A stretch of 64,000 bases of DNA from Candidatus Saccharibacteria bacterium UBA6824 (GTDB lineage: Bacteria > Patescibacteriota > Saccharimonadia > Saccharimonadales > UBA10212), in the NCBI GenBank assembly GCA_002452155.1, contig DKEK01000002.1, forward strand, positions 85,750 through 149,749, given 5' to 3'. Position 1 is the stretch's first letter. Every line of letters starts with the position of its first letter. Shown in pieces: positions 1 to 10,269 of the stretch. Position numbers and translations under genes: made by a program. The notes under the pieces are model-generated. The model ran no database searches, had not been told where the DNA came from, and saw nothing but the letters and a program-made list of their open reading frames with translations.

Positions 1-486
1 GCTGGTAGCATCAGCATAGGCTTGGCCCTGCGACGAAACATAGCCGCTATAAACAGCCTGCTGGGTTACGAAGCTTCGATAACCGCTAACCAATATTAAC
101 TTCTGGGAGTCGTTGGCTGCTGCGGCCACCAGTTTTTCCACGGCGCCTGCTGCCTCTGAGCGCAGGTGCATATTTTCGGACGCCGAGCCTTCGCTTAGAG
201 CCACTTTCGGTACAACCAAATTTACCGGGGTGTAATTGCTGGGCAAAATTCGTCCCTTATCGACCACTACCCAGATGCTGGCTGGGTCGTTTATAGAGTG
301 CTGACTTTTATCAAAGCTGGCAGGGGTTGTCGAGACCGACTTAGAAGGTGTAGATGTAATTATTTGAGGTTTTTTAGCCGACTGATCGTCCCGCCACCAA
401 ACCAGCGCGGCCACGATTACCACGAGTACAACAAAGACCAACAACTTTCGTAGTAGATGACGCTTGGCCGCCGGGTGAATAGACAT
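1..486 (-). CDS. M15B/VanY-like D-Ala-D-Ala carboxypeptidase (partial, runs off window edge)
   Basis: Own translation from ATG 486: MSIHPAAKRHLLRKLLVFVVLVVIVAALVWW (membrane anchor), then WVVVDKGRILP..YTP..LV and LILVSGYRSFVTQ..VY, the SGYRS motif of VanY-type peptidases. Confidence 0.85.
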   Translation of the reverse strand, partial: MSIHPAAKRHLLRKLLVFVVLVVIVAALVWWRDDQSAKKPQIITSTPSKSVSTTPASFDKSQHSINDPASIWVVVDKGRILPSNYTPVNLVVPKVALSEGSASENMHLRSEAAGAVEKLVAAAANDSQKLILVSGYRSFVTQQAVYSGYVSSQGQAYADATS

Positions 487-503
487 CAGTTTTATTGTAC
501 AGC

Positions 504-1409
504 TTATTTTAACGAGCTTCGTGCCTTGGCTGCGAGACGGGCGATTAGGCGCAGCAAAAATGGCGCCGCCAGATAAGCGCCCACGGCATAAATTATGCCG
601 AGCAATACATCAAAGGCATAATGTTCGCCCTGATAAACAACGCCAAAATATATCAATGCCGGATATATTAGTGACAAGGCGCCCCATTTTTTTCCGTAAA
701 GCTTAAAGACGAATATTGACAGCAGCGTAGCGCAACCGGCATGAAGACTGGGAATTGCGGCTACTGGGTTGGGAGCAATGTGATTATACAGAGTCGGAAA
801 GTCGCGAATGCCTAAACTGAACCAGACATCGCTAGAGATGCGCGTAATGTGCTGGATATAATGACCGTCGCTAGCCATCCAAGGGGGCGCAGCTGGGAAC
901 AACAAAAAGGTTAAATACCCCAAAAAGAACAAAACTAGATAGGTACTTACAACCCGCCAATATTGGCTATCCCTGGTTTTCCAGACTAATAGCGCCAGAC
1001 CCAGCGGAATGATAAAAAACAACATATAAGGAATGTAGAGTACAAAGTCGTACCACCTTACATGGCCATGCCATAGCCAGTTTTGGGCATAAGTGGTAGG
1101 AAGGTTGCCGAAAAGAAGCTTATCTACATGAGGTGCGAAAGTGTAATTAACGTGCGCATTTAGCTCGTCGGCGAAACCACGGAACGACTCATACACTAAA
1201 AGCAGCAGCACAAAAGGCAGGATGCGCTTAAGCATGCTTATGGCCTGATTAAAGATCATGAAAACAAAAACCAAAAAAATTACTAGCTTATCCGGCGTCG
1301 GAAAACTAAAGTGAGTAACAAATATGAGTAGGCAAGCGACGCTGCCGGCAATGCCAATAAGCCGAACGATATTTTTTTTGATATTTGCCACTAGCATATA
1401 GTGTATCAA
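504..1409 (-). CDS. PAP2 superfamily membrane protein (AUR1/IPC synthase-like phosphoesterase)
   Basis: Multiple TM segments; motifs PAAPPW, AAIPSLHAG, GEHYAFDV. Confidence 0.85.
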   Translation of the reverse strand: MIHYMLVANIKKNIVRLIGIAGSVACLLIFVTHFSFPTPDKLVIFLVFVFMIFNQAISMLKRILPFVLLLLVYESFRGFADELNAHVNYTFAPHVDKLLFGNLPTTYAQNWLWHGHVRWYDFVLYIPYMLFFIIPLGLALLVWKTRDSQYWRVVSTYLVLFFLGYLTFLLFPAAPPWMASDGHYIQHITRISSDVWFSLGIRDFPTLYNHIAPNPVAAIPSLHAGCATLLSIFVFKLYGKKWGALSLIYPALIYFGVVYQGEHYAFDVLLGIIYAVGAYLAAPFLLRLIARLAAKARSSLK

Positions 1410-1421
1410 GTAAGTGCTCTC

Positions 1422-1453
1422 CCTCAGATAATTCTCAGGTTTAGGGTTACAAT
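1422..1453 (+). promoter_or_regulatory. Tandem OmpR-family box (CCTCAG-N5-TCTCAG) plus -10 TACAAT of the two-component operon
   Basis: CTCAG at 1423 and 1434 (11-bp period) in the -35 position; TACAAT 1448-1453. Confidence 0.55.
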
Positions 1454-1460
1454 GTAAGGA

Positions 1461-2138
1461 ATGAGGATTCTAGTCGTCGAAGACGAACATAAGATAGCCG
1501 GCGCCATTAAAAAGGGCCTGGAGCAGGAAAAATACGCCGTCGACATCGAATATGACGCCGACGCCGGCTACGGGGCCGCCTTAAACGAGCCGTACGACCT
1601 GATGATTATTGACCGTATGCTGCCCGGCAGTATGGAGGGCATGGACATAGCCCGCCGCCTGCGCGAGAAAAAAATTCATACACCCATCCTGCTTTTGACG
1701 GCCAAAGATCAGACTCGCGACCGCGTGGCCGGCTTGAACGCCGGCGCCGACGATTATCTGGTCAAGCCCTTTTCGTTTGAAGAACTGCTGGCCCGCGTTC
1801 GGGCGCTGCTGCGCCGGCCGGCCGAAACCAAAACTAATGTTTTAAAGGTCGGCGACCTAACCCTGGATACCACAAATTACACCGCCCAGCGGGCCGGCAA
1901 GCGCATCGGCTTAAGCTCCAAAGAATTCGCACTTTTAGAATATTTGATGCGTAATGCCGGCCAAGTACACTCTAAAGAAAATATCATTGCCCACGTCTGG
2001 AACTTCGACGCCGATATTCTACCCAACACCGTTGAGGTTTATATTGGTTATCTGAGGGGTAAAATAGACAAACCATTTAAAGCCAGGCCACTGCTGCATA
2101 CGCTGCGCGGTTTCGGCTACAGAATAGAGGCCCGTTGA
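1461..2138 (+). CDS. OmpR/PhoB-family response regulator
   Basis: MRILVVEDE, D-phosphoacceptor (IIDRMLPG), GADDYLVKPF, wHTH ending TLRGFGY. Confidence 0.95.
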   Translation: MRILVVEDEHKIAGAIKKGLEQEKYAVDIEYDADAGYGAALNEPYDLMIIDRMLPGSMEGMDIARRLREKKIHTPILLLTAKDQTRDRVAGLNAGADDYLVKPFSFEELLARVRALLRRPAETKTNVLKVGDLTLDTTNYTAQRAGKRIGLSSKEFALLEYLMRNAGQVHSKENIIAHVWNFDADILPNTVEVYIGYLRGKIDKPFKARPLLHTLRGFGYRIEAR

Positions 2139-3133
2139 TGTTTCGCTCGGCGGCCGCTAAATTAACCGCTGGCTACCTGGCCATCATCATGGCGCTGTCT
2201 ATTGGCTGTAGCTTTGCCCTCTACCGTGTCTCTTCCAACCAGCTGGCCAGCAGCGCTCAGCGGCCAGTTGATCTTTATAACGCCGTGTTTGGTCCGAGTA
2301 GTGCCGGCGACATCAATAATCTTCGCCAGCGTCAGCTGGAGAAGGATCGCAGCCGTCTAAAGGTTAATTTGCTCCTCTTTAATATCGCGGTGCTGGCCTT
2401 TGGGGCCAGTGTCAGTTATATTTTGGCCCGCCGGACGCTGGCGCCCATAGAAGACTCACTAGAAATGCAGAAGCGCTTCACCGGTGACGCCAGCCACGAG
2501 CTGCGAACACCACTAACTGCTATGCAGACAGAGATAGAAGTCGCCCTGCGTAGTCCTGACCTGACTAAAAAAGAAGCTATTGATCTGTTAAAGAGTAACT
2601 TAGAAGAAGTTGGTAAGCTTAAGTCACTCAGCGAAGGCTTGCTAACACTGGCTACTACGAGCAGCCGGGACACCCGGCGCCAGCAGGTGTCTATTAAAGA
2701 TGTGGCCAGCCTAGCCCTGGAGCAAGCGGCCAAACCGGCCGTGGCCCGCAAAATCACCATTAAAAGCATCGTCAAGGAGGCGCACGTGCTCGGCAACCCC
2801 CAGCAATTACTTAATCTGCTAAGTATTTTGCTCGATAACGCCATCAAATATAGCCAGCCAGGATCTAAAATTACGATTGAAACGAAGCCTCAGGATAAAT
2901 ACGCCGTAATCAGTGTTACCGACCGGGGGCAGGGTATCGCAGCTGCCGATCTTCCGCACATATACGATCGTTTTTACCGAGCTGATACTTCACGCAGCTC
3001 CAAAAATGCCCAGGGCTATGGTTTGGGACTGGCTATCGCTAAAAATATCGTTGATCTGCATAAAGGCGCTATCGAGGTTAAGTCAAAACCAGGGAGGGGC
3101 TCCACATTTACTGTCCGCTTACCATTAGCGTAA
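2135..3133 (+). CDS. Sensor histidine kinase
   Basis: 2 TM; H-box ASHELRTPLT; N-box LLDNAIKYS; G-boxes DRGQGI and GYGLGLAI. Confidence 0.95.
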   Translation: MMFRSAAAKLTAGYLAIIMALSIGCSFALYRVSSNQLASSAQRPVDLYNAVFGPSSAGDINNLRQRQLEKDRSRLKVNLLLFNIAVLAFGASVSYILARRTLAPIEDSLEMQKRFTGDASHELRTPLTAMQTEIEVALRSPDLTKKEAIDLLKSNLEEVGKLKSLSEGLLTLATTSSRDTRRQQVSIKDVASLALEQAAKPAVARKITIKSIVKEAHVLGNPQQLLNLLSILLDNAIKYSQPGSKITIETKPQDKYAVISVTDRGQGIAAADLPHIYDRFYRADTSRSSKNAQGYGLGLAIAKNIVDLHKGAIEVKSKPGRGSTFTVRLPLA

Positions 3134-3136
3134 TAT

Positions 3137-4249
3137 TTGGATATGGCAAGACATAAAAATAAACAAGCCTTTGATGTCCACCGGACGCTGCCCAACCCCC
3201 ACCGGAAGGCTATTGCAGCCGCCGAGGCCCCGCCAACCAGGTCGGCAGGAGCCAAGCGGGCGCTATGGAAGCGGTTGCTGGTTTGGACGTTCCTGCTACT
3301 GCTGGCCTTTATTATTTTTGTGGGCACATGGGACGCTATTAATATTTCGCGGGCTGCCACTAAGATATTTGGCTCCGGTAATTTGTTGGGGCTGCTGTCC
3401 GATCGGGGACTTAAAAGCCAAAATGACCGGGTCAATGTCCTGCTCGTCGGTTATTCTGTCGATGACCCCGGGCATCCGGGGGCGGACTTAACAGACTCCA
3501 TACTTTTGCTTTCCATGAATACTCGCAATCACACCGGCTACATGCTTAGCATCCCGCGCGATTTGTACCTTAAAATCCCCGGGTTCGGTTTTGGCAAAAT
3601 AAATGAAGCTTATAAAGATGGCGGCATGCCCCTTCTGGAACAGATCGTCCAAAGTGATTTCGGTACGGAGGTAGATTATTACGCGCTGATCAACTACTCG
3701 GCCGTCCGCGACACCGTCAATGCCCTGGGCGGCATCAATATCAACATTGCCAGCCCCGATCCGCGCGGACTTTATGACACTAACATCAGTCCGGTTGACG
3801 GCGGCCCCCTGAAGCTGGCCAACGGACCGCAGAAACTTGATGGGCAGACGGCGCTCAACTTGACTCGCGCTCGCGGTGACGCCTACGGTTCGTACGGTTT
3901 TGCCCAAGCCGACTTTGACCGTACCCAGCACCAGCGTCAGGTCCTGCTCGCCATCAAAGACAAACTAAACTGGAAGTTAGTGCTAAACCCTCTAAAGAAC
4001 GGCAAAATCTTCCAGGCTATGGGCAAAAACGTCAAAACCGATATCAGTTTGGGCGAGACGCGTTCCTTGTTCAAAACATTTAATTCCATCCCCAGTTCGA
4101 GCCTGCAATCCATCTCACTACGAAGTATTGGTGGCAAGAACTTGCTGGCCAGCTACGGCACCGATAGCGGCCAGTCGGCCTTAGTGCCGGCAAGCGGTCT
4201 AGAAAATTACCTGCAGATCCAAGCCGCCGTCGATCAGCTAAACCAATGA
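3137..4249 (+). CDS. LCP (LytR-CpsA-Psr) family protein
   Basis: N-terminal TM; motifs TDSILL, SIPRDL, KINEAY, DFDRTQHQRQV. Confidence 0.92.
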   Translation: MDMARHKNKQAFDVHRTLPNPHRKAIAAAEAPPTRSAGAKRALWKRLLVWTFLLLLAFIIFVGTWDAINISRAATKIFGSGNLLGLLSDRGLKSQNDRVNVLLVGYSVDDPGHPGADLTDSILLLSMNTRNHTGYMLSIPRDLYLKIPGFGFGKINEAYKDGGMPLLEQIVQSDFGTEVDYYALINYSAVRDTVNALGGININIASPDPRGLYDTNISPVDGGPLKLANGPQKLDGQTALNLTRARGDAYGSYGFAQADFDRTQHQRQVLLAIKDKLNWKLVLNPLKNGKIFQAMGKNVKTDISLGETRSLFKTFNSIPSSSLQSISLRSIGGKNLLASYGTDSGQSALVPASGLENYLQIQAAVDQLNQ

Positions 4250-4251
4250 TT

Positions 4252-5157
4252 TTAGCCGGGTGTTTTAATCAGTTTTATGAACAGCCCCAAGCCCAAAATT
4301 ACCAAGGGGAAAATTATGGCCGTACCGACCAAGAAAGCACCGGCGTAGCTGGCCGCCCCAAAAGCGTCGACTAGTTTTATTTTTGCGTGGACCAAGTACG
4401 GCCGGTTGGCCATAGCCAGTAGCAGCGGCGCGGCCAAACCCACGAAACTGGCATAATATTTGAGTTTGAAGTTAGTTTTTCCGCTAATTACCAAAGAAGC
4501 CATAAACAGACCGACGATGCTGAGCAGATCGAGCACCACAATCGGCCATTTTTGCAGACCAATGCCGCTATAGATGATAGCCAGCGGCAAAAAACTACCC
4601 AACACCATCAGCCAAGCACAGTAGAGCACCAGACCGGACCACTTCCTTTTGCTGTCTGATTGCCCATCCAAAAACAGCTTGCCGATGGCTACAATGCCCA
4701 AAATCACACTGAGCATAATCATAAACCCGACTAAGGAGCTCCAAAATGGCTCAGCCGTCAGTAAATAAACTCCGGCAGCGCTAAAGCTAAGCGGAATGCT
4801 AAAACAGGTCAGGGCGAATAAGGAGGCGCCCCATCTTGGCAGGCGGTCGGGCCGCCAATAAAATAAAACTAGCACTACGCAGGCCCGGGCCAAAAGAGCA
4901 AAAAGGCCGACCACCAGCGTAGATAGGAGCGCGCGGCTAAGGAAGTTCAAGGCGTTATTAAATAGCATGGCAACCGTTGTGAAGCCAAAGACTAAAAAGA
5001 CATTTGTGACTTCCCAAAGCGGCGTAAAGTATTTGCGTGTTTGATTTTGGCCGCCGGTCAGAAAACTCAGGGCGACACCGCACTCGACACTGCAGGCCAG
5101 ACCGTACACAGCGAAGAAAATGGCCGCTGTCAGCATCGAGGCGTCAACTAGGCTCAT
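4252..5157 (-). CDS. cydB: Cytochrome bd oxidase subunit II (divergent)
   Basis: Polytopic membrane protein; PLWEVTNVFLVF motif; overlaps end of cydA. Confidence 0.75.
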   Translation of the reverse strand: MSLVDASMLTAAIFFAVYGLACSVECGVALSFLTGGQNQTRKYFTPLWEVTNVFLVFGFTTVAMLFNNALNFLSRALLSTLVVGLFALLARACVVLVLFYWRPDRLPRWGASLFALTCFSIPLSFSAAGVYLLTAEPFWSSLVGFMIMLSVILGIVAIGKLFLDGQSDSKRKWSGLVLYCAWLMVLGSFLPLAIIYSGIGLQKWPIVVLDLLSIVGLFMASLVISGKTNFKLKYYASFVGLAAPLLLAMANRPYLVHAKIKLVDAFGAASYAGAFLVGTAIIFPLVILGLGLFIKLIKTPG

Positions 5158-6457
5158 GCAGTGCCTCCGCCGGATGAAAAACTTTTCTAAGGGCGAATAT
5201 GCTCAGTGCCAACAAGAGCAAATATAGTAGCGGGAAGGTTTCGCCCAGGCCAATCACGGCTTTATTTTGGGTTACGGCGTCGGCTGTGCGCAAAACGCCA
5301 TGAATGACATAAGGCTGCCGGCCAAATTCGGTCACCAACCAGCCAAATTCAGCGCCAATTACCCCCAAGAAGCCGCAAACAAAAAGGCCTTTGAGCATAA
5401 TTTTGCGGTGGGCTATACGAGGCCGCCAGCGTCGAAATACCAGATACAACCCGGGTATTAATATACCAATCGTGCCAATGGCCACCATGCCATCGAAAAA
5501 GTAATGGACGATGACTGGTGGCCGATCGCTCGGCTTAATATCGGCCAGACCCGTGACTTTGCCATTAAAATGACCGGTAGCTAAAAAACTCAACAGGCCT
5601 GGAACCTTAAGGGCATGCTTAACCTCGCTGCCACTGACCGTGCCGCCTACTAGTAGCGGGGCATTGGTTTGAGTCTGCTGCAGCCCCTCAATGGCCGCCA
5701 GTTTAGCCGGCTCGTTTTTAGCCAAAAATTTGCCGGCCCGGTCGCCGGTAAAAGCTACTAATATGCCAAAAATGACCGCCAAGCTAGCCAGGCCAAGCAT
5801 TAATCTCTGTAGTCTAGGCCCCGGCCGGCCTTTGTTGTGCCGCCAGGCAATCCAGGCATAAATTGCCAGTAGCACAAGGGTTGTCGCAAATAAATAAGAC
5901 AGAATTGAATGCGTCACTTCGGTACCGACAGCCGGATTAAAGACCGCTTGGCGGGTATTAATATCCACCGGGTTACCGTTACCGTCCAGCCTAAAGCCGC
6001 GGGGGGTGTTCATCCAGGCATTGACGGTAGTTATCGCAAAGGCCGAACCGATAGATCCGGCCACGATCGGCAAGCTGCATAGCCAATGCTGTAGCGGCGT
6101 AAATCGTTTCCACGAAAGCATATAGATAGTTAAAAACAGGGCTTCGATCAAAAATGCGAACCCCTCGAGCGCAAATGACAGACCGACAACCTTACCGGCC
6201 AGCGAAGTAAATATCGGCCATAGCAGGTTAAACTGCATACTGACAATCGTGCCAGAAATCGCCCCAGCGATGAACAAAACGACCAGCGCCTTAGACCACT
6301 CATGGGCAGTTTGGCGGGCGGCCGGCCGTTTTTTCCAGATACTGTAGGCTTCCAGACCGCAAATCAGCAGCGGTAGGGCCACGCCAAATAGCACAAAAAA
6401 CAGATGAAACCCTAGCGTATCACCAATTAGCCGTCTACCGGCCGCTACCGTTTCCAT
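5144..6457 (-). CDS. cydA: Cytochrome bd ubiquinol oxidase subunit I (short Q-loop)
   Basis: GFHLFF, FALEGFAFLIEALF, THS, PAKLAAIEG, GMV, EFGWLVTEFGRQPY. Confidence 0.95.
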   Translation of the reverse strand: METVAAGRRLIGDTLGFHLFFVLFGVALPLLICGLEAYSIWKKRPAARQTAHEWSKALVVLFIAGAISGTIVSMQFNLLWPIFTSLAGKVVGLSFALEGFAFLIEALFLTIYMLSWKRFTPLQHWLCSLPIVAGSIGSAFAITTVNAWMNTPRGFRLDGNGNPVDINTRQAVFNPAVGTEVTHSILSYLFATTLVLLAIYAWIAWRHNKGRPGPRLQRLMLGLASLAVIFGILVAFTGDRAGKFLAKNEPAKLAAIEGLQQTQTNAPLLVGGTVSGSEVKHALKVPGLLSFLATGHFNGKVTGLADIKPSDRPPVIVHYFFDGMVAIGTIGILIPGLYLVFRRWRPRIAHRKIMLKGLFVCGFLGVIGAEFGWLVTEFGRQPYVIHGVLRTADAVTQNKAVIGLGETFPLLYLLLLALSIFALRKVFHPAEALHEPS

Positions 6458-6556
6458 TGGTTTTAGTATATCTCAGCACTGGCGGCTACCATAACCATAT
6501 TGTAAAGCGTAGTTAAAATGTTTATGATACAACCAAAGCATTAAATAAGGAACAGA

Positions 6557-7099
6557 GTGATGGCATTAAAAAAACACATCGCCGACGCCAGCCTGTACGT
6601 CTGGGCGTTACTTAGAATCGCATTTGGCTATATATTTTTATGGGCTTTTTTGGATAAGTTGTTTGGGCTTGGCTTTTCAACCTGCAGGGATAAAATAACA
6701 GCTGTTATTAGCGGCGGTTGTTCGCAGGCTTGGGCCCATGGCGGCTCGCCGACGAAGGGTTTTTTGGGCAACGCAACGACTGGACCGTTCAAGGACTTCT
6801 ACCATCACCTGGCCGGACAGATGTGGGTTAACTGGTTGTTCATGCTCGGCCTGCTAGTTATTGGGCTTGGTTTGCTACTCGGCATTTGGGTCCGCTTGGC
6901 AGCCTTTGCCGGCATTGTGATGATGTTACTGATGTGGAGTGCGCTGCTATGGCCGGTCAATGCGCCCGGTGTCGACGAGCATATTATCTACGCCTTAGCC
7001 CTGTTTGGCATAGCCCTAGTCGATGACAACCAGGTTTGGGGGCTACGCTCCTGGTGGCGCAAAACCCGCTTGGCCAAAGTCGCACCATTTCTCCGCTAG
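6557..7099 (+). CDS. DoxX/TQO small-subunit (DoxD)-like membrane protein
   Basis: LLRIAFGYIFLWAFLDKLFGLGFST, AW..GGSPT.GFL, VDEHIIY. Confidence 0.8.
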   Translation: MMALKKHIADASLYVWALLRIAFGYIFLWAFLDKLFGLGFSTCRDKITAVISGGCSQAWAHGGSPTKGFLGNATTGPFKDFYHHLAGQMWVNWLFMLGLLVIGLGLLLGIWVRLAAFAGIVMMLLMWSALLWPVNAPGVDEHIIYALALFGIALVDDNQVWGLRSWWRKTRLAKVAPFLR

Positions 7100-7109
7100 T
7101 TTCTTGGCC

Positions 7110-8771
7110 TCAAAAATTCTCCCTGATGTGAGACATAGAAAAGTCCCAGTCGGCGTCGGTTTTTTTGTGGGGGTTAAAGATGTTTTCCGGGTCAAAGATT
7201 TTTTTGGCTTGGCGGAATAGCTCGACAATTTCTTTACCGTACATTTGTTCCAGCCACGGGCCGCGGATCATGCCGTCATTGTGTTCACCGGACAAGCTGC
7301 CGCCGTAACTTAGAATCAGTTCATTGACTTCGCGCATTGCCGGCGCCAGCTTGGCACGCTCCGCCGGTTCTTCGATCTTCATCAGTGGGATGACGTGGAA
7401 GTTACCGTCACCCATATGGCCGGCAATAGTTGCCAGTAGTCCATGCCTTTTTATAATTTCGCGCAGGCGCGGCAAAAACTCCGACAAACTAGCCGGTGGC
7501 ACGACTAAATCGTCTATAAACGGCGCTGTATGCTTGTTTTTGACTTTTTTCCGCAGCAGGTTAAAGCTCTCGCGGCGCATAATGCGAAACTTCCAGGCCT
7601 TGGCTTCGGTGCTGTCTTCTTCGGTTGCCTCCAGGTGAAATGGTTTTAAGCCCAAGCGCATGGCGTGGACCTTCTGGGCGACTTCTTCTGGTGTCTGGGC
7701 TGTATATTCAATCAGCAGTACCATTTTGGGTATGCCCTTCAGCAGCAGGAAAGCATCAGGAATCAGGCTCCACGCTAACTTAAACAAGCCCCCCCAGCCC
7801 AGGGTTTTACGGAAGTAAGGGAAGAATTTAATCGCCAACTCCAGCGTATAGTTGTCGAAGGCTTCAAAGCTGGCTGGTTTGGTGGGCGCCACCGTATTGA
7901 TGATTTCGCCCAGCTGGTTGAGGTTTTTCATAAAGCACACCAGCACACCGGAATGAGGCTTATCGTGCACCAGCCGAAACTCAATATCACCGATTAGACC
8001 GAGGGTACCTTGGGAGCCGGTAAATAGCTTGGTCAGATCAAACACCCCGGTTTTGCGGTCCCAGACATCCCACAAGTTGTAGCCGGTCGAGTTTTTGCTG
8101 ACATGCGGCTTGGCCTTTTTTATTTTGTCGTAGTTGGCCACGAGCAGGTCAAACATTTGTTTATATATTTGGCCTTCAAAATTATCTTGGGCCATTTTTG
8201 CTTCCAGCTCGTCTTTCTTGAGCGATTTTAATTCATACATTTGTCCGTCGGCTAATACAACACCTAGTTTGTTGACATAATCTTCGGTCTTACCGTACTC
8301 CAGCGACTTTTCGCCGCCGGCGTTGTTGGCCACCATGCCCCCCATCGCCGCCAGTTCGCGGCTGGCCGGGAAGCTAGGCAGCAGGGCGCCTTTTTGCAGC
8401 GTAGCTTTTTCGAAATCTCGGTAAAAAACGCCAGGCTGGGTACGAGCCGAAAAATCCTGCAGGTCTTCGATTCTGTTCATATAGCGCGTAAAGTCAACGA
8501 TCACAGAATCGTTGATGGCGCCGCCGGACATGCAGGTACCGCCACTGCGGGCAGTCAATGATAGATTTGATACCTTGGCCCGCATTAAGTGGGCGCTTAT
8601 CACCAGCCGCTGCAGATCCTGCGTATTCTTCGGGAACACTACCAGCTCGGGTACCATCTCAAACAGAGAGGCGTCGTGACTATAAAATTCCCGCGTTCGG
8701 TCGGAGCCATCAATGTCGCCCTCAAAACCCCTTTTTTTTAGCAGATCGATAAATGGGCCCACCGTACTCAT
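7110..8771 (-). CDS. FAD-linked oxidoreductase (FAD_binding_4 + FAD-oxidase_C; GlcD/D-lactate dehydrogenase-like)
   Basis: YSHDAS, ARSGGTCMSG, GSQGTLG, GHMGDGNFH, SGEHNDG, FDPENIFNP; start moved to ATG 8771. Confidence 0.88.
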   Translation of the reverse strand: MSTVGPFIDLLKKRGFEGDIDGSDRTREFYSHDASLFEMVPELVVFPKNTQDLQRLVISAHLMRAKVSNLSLTARSGGTCMSGGAINDSVIVDFTRYMNRIEDLQDFSARTQPGVFYRDFEKATLQKGALLPSFPASRELAAMGGMVANNAGGEKSLEYGKTEDYVNKLGVVLADGQMYELKSLKKDELEAKMAQDNFEGQIYKQMFDLLVANYDKIKKAKPHVSKNSTGYNLWDVWDRKTGVFDLTKLFTGSQGTLGLIGDIEFRLVHDKPHSGVLVCFMKNLNQLGEIINTVAPTKPASFEAFDNYTLELAIKFFPYFRKTLGWGGLFKLAWSLIPDAFLLLKGIPKMVLLIEYTAQTPEEVAQKVHAMRLGLKPFHLEATEEDSTEAKAWKFRIMRRESFNLLRKKVKNKHTAPFIDDLVVPPASLSEFLPRLREIIKRHGLLATIAGHMGDGNFHVIPLMKIEEPAERAKLAPAMREVNELILSYGGSLSGEHNDGMIRGPWLEQMYGKEIVELFRQAKKIFDPENIFNPHKKTDADWDFSMSHIRENF

Positions 8772-8838
8772 TACCCTTAAGCTTACGTGACTAAAATACA
8801 ACGCGCAACTAATCAAAAAGTTTTATAATAGGTAGTCC

Positions 8839-9756
8839 ATGAGGCAGTATTTAGAGCTACTAGAAGATATAAGAACCAACGGTGTCAAAAAAAGTGACCG
8901 CACTGGTGTTGGCACAATCAGCGTCTTTGGTCGACAGCTACGCTTTGACCTATCTGAAGGATTTCCGGCAGTCACGACTAAAAAGCTTTTTATGCGCGGT
9001 ATCATCCACGAACTAATCTGGTTTTTACAGGGCAGTAGCAATATCAAGTATCTGGTCGATAACGACGTACACATTTGGGACGAGTGGCCCTACAAACATT
9101 ATCTGATGGAGCAAGGTAAAGAAGTACCGGATTCAAGCAGCGGGAAGTGGAAGAAGGGTATTGCCGAATTTACTGAGCGTATAAAAAACGATCCTGCTTT
9201 TGTCAAAAAATACGGCGAACTCGGTCCGGTATATGGCTACCAGTGGCGCAATTGGCCAACTCCGGACGGCAAGCATATCGATCAAATAGCCAAGGCCATC
9301 GATACCATTAAAAATAGTCCTGATTCACGGCGTATCATCGTCTCGGCCTGGAATGTAGCTGATATCGACGAGATGGCCAAAGCCGGCCTGCCGCCATGCC
9401 ATTTGCTCTTCCAGTTTTACGTAGTTGGCGGTAAGCTAAGCTGCCAGATGTACCAGCGTAGCGCCGATACGTTTTTGGGTGTCCCATTTAATATAGCCTC
9501 TTACTCGTTACTGACGATGATGATCGCCCAAGTTTGCGGGCTTAAGCCGGGCGACTTTGTGCATACGTTTGGCGACACACACCTTTACCTCAACCACTTG
9601 CAGCAGGTGGACGAACAATTGTCACGCCGGCCCAAATCCCTGCCCAAGATGAAAATTAATTCCAAAGTCAAAGACATTTCCGCTTTCACCATTGATGATT
9701 TTGAGCTGCTTGACTATGACCCGTATCCGGCTATTTACGCACCGATAGCGGTTTAA
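8839..9756 (+). CDS. thyA: Thymidylate synthase
   Basis: [36 protein letters not shown]. Confidence 0.98.
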   Translation: MRQYLELLEDIRTNGVKKSDRTGVGTISVFGRQLRFDLSEGFPAVTTKKLFMRGIIHELIWFLQGSSNIKYLVDNDVHIWDEWPYKHYLMEQGKEVPDSSSGKWKKGIAEFTERIKNDPAFVKKYGELGPVYGYQWRNWPTPDGKHIDQIAKAIDTIKNSPDSRRIIVSAWNVADIDEMAKAGLPPCHLLFQFYVVGGKLSCQMYQRSADTFLGVPFNIASYSLLTMMIAQVCGLKPGDFVHTFGDTHLYLNHLQQVDEQLSRRPKSLPKMKINSKVKDISAFTIDDFELLDYDPYPAIYAPIAV

Positions 9757-9765
9757 GGCTCATTT

Positions 9766-10263
9766 ATGATTATATCTGCCATAATAGCAACAGATACCGA
9801 AGGGGCCATTGGCAAGGATGGGCAAATACCGTGGCGTCTGCCGGCAGAGCAGGCCATTTTTAAAAAAACGACAATCGGCCATTCTATTGTCATGGGTAGA
9901 AAAACCTATGAATCAATTGGCCGGGCGCTGCCAGGCCGGACTAACATCATTATAACTCGCCAAAAAGGCTACCGGGCAGCTGGTTGCGTAGTGGTGGATT
10001 CACTGCAGCAGGCCATGCAGGAAGCTAAGCTGGCAGCTGGCAGTGAAGAGATATTTATAATCGGCGGTGCACAGATCTACCAGCAAGCCATGCCGATGGT
10101 GGATAGGATATATCTGACCAAAGTTCATACTGTCGCTTCCGGCGATACATTCTTTGAATTCGACGAGTCCCGGTGGCAAGAAATATCAAAAACTAAATAC
10201 CAAGCCGACGCTGATAACATTTACGACTACGATTTCATCACCCTGGTACGAAAACCGAAATGA
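9766..10263 (+). CDS. folA: Dihydrofolate reductase
   Basis: IGKDGQIPW, MGRKTYESIGRALPGR, IIGGAQIY; follows thyA. Confidence 0.97.
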   Translation: MIISAIIATDTEGAIGKDGQIPWRLPAEQAIFKKTTIGHSIVMGRKTYESIGRALPGRTNIIITRQKGYRAAGCVVVDSLQQAMQEAKLAAGSEEIFIIGGAQIYQQAMPMVDRIYLTKVHTVASGDTFFEFDESRWQEISKTKYQADADNIYDYDFITLVRKPK

Positions 10264-10269
10264 TAGAAT

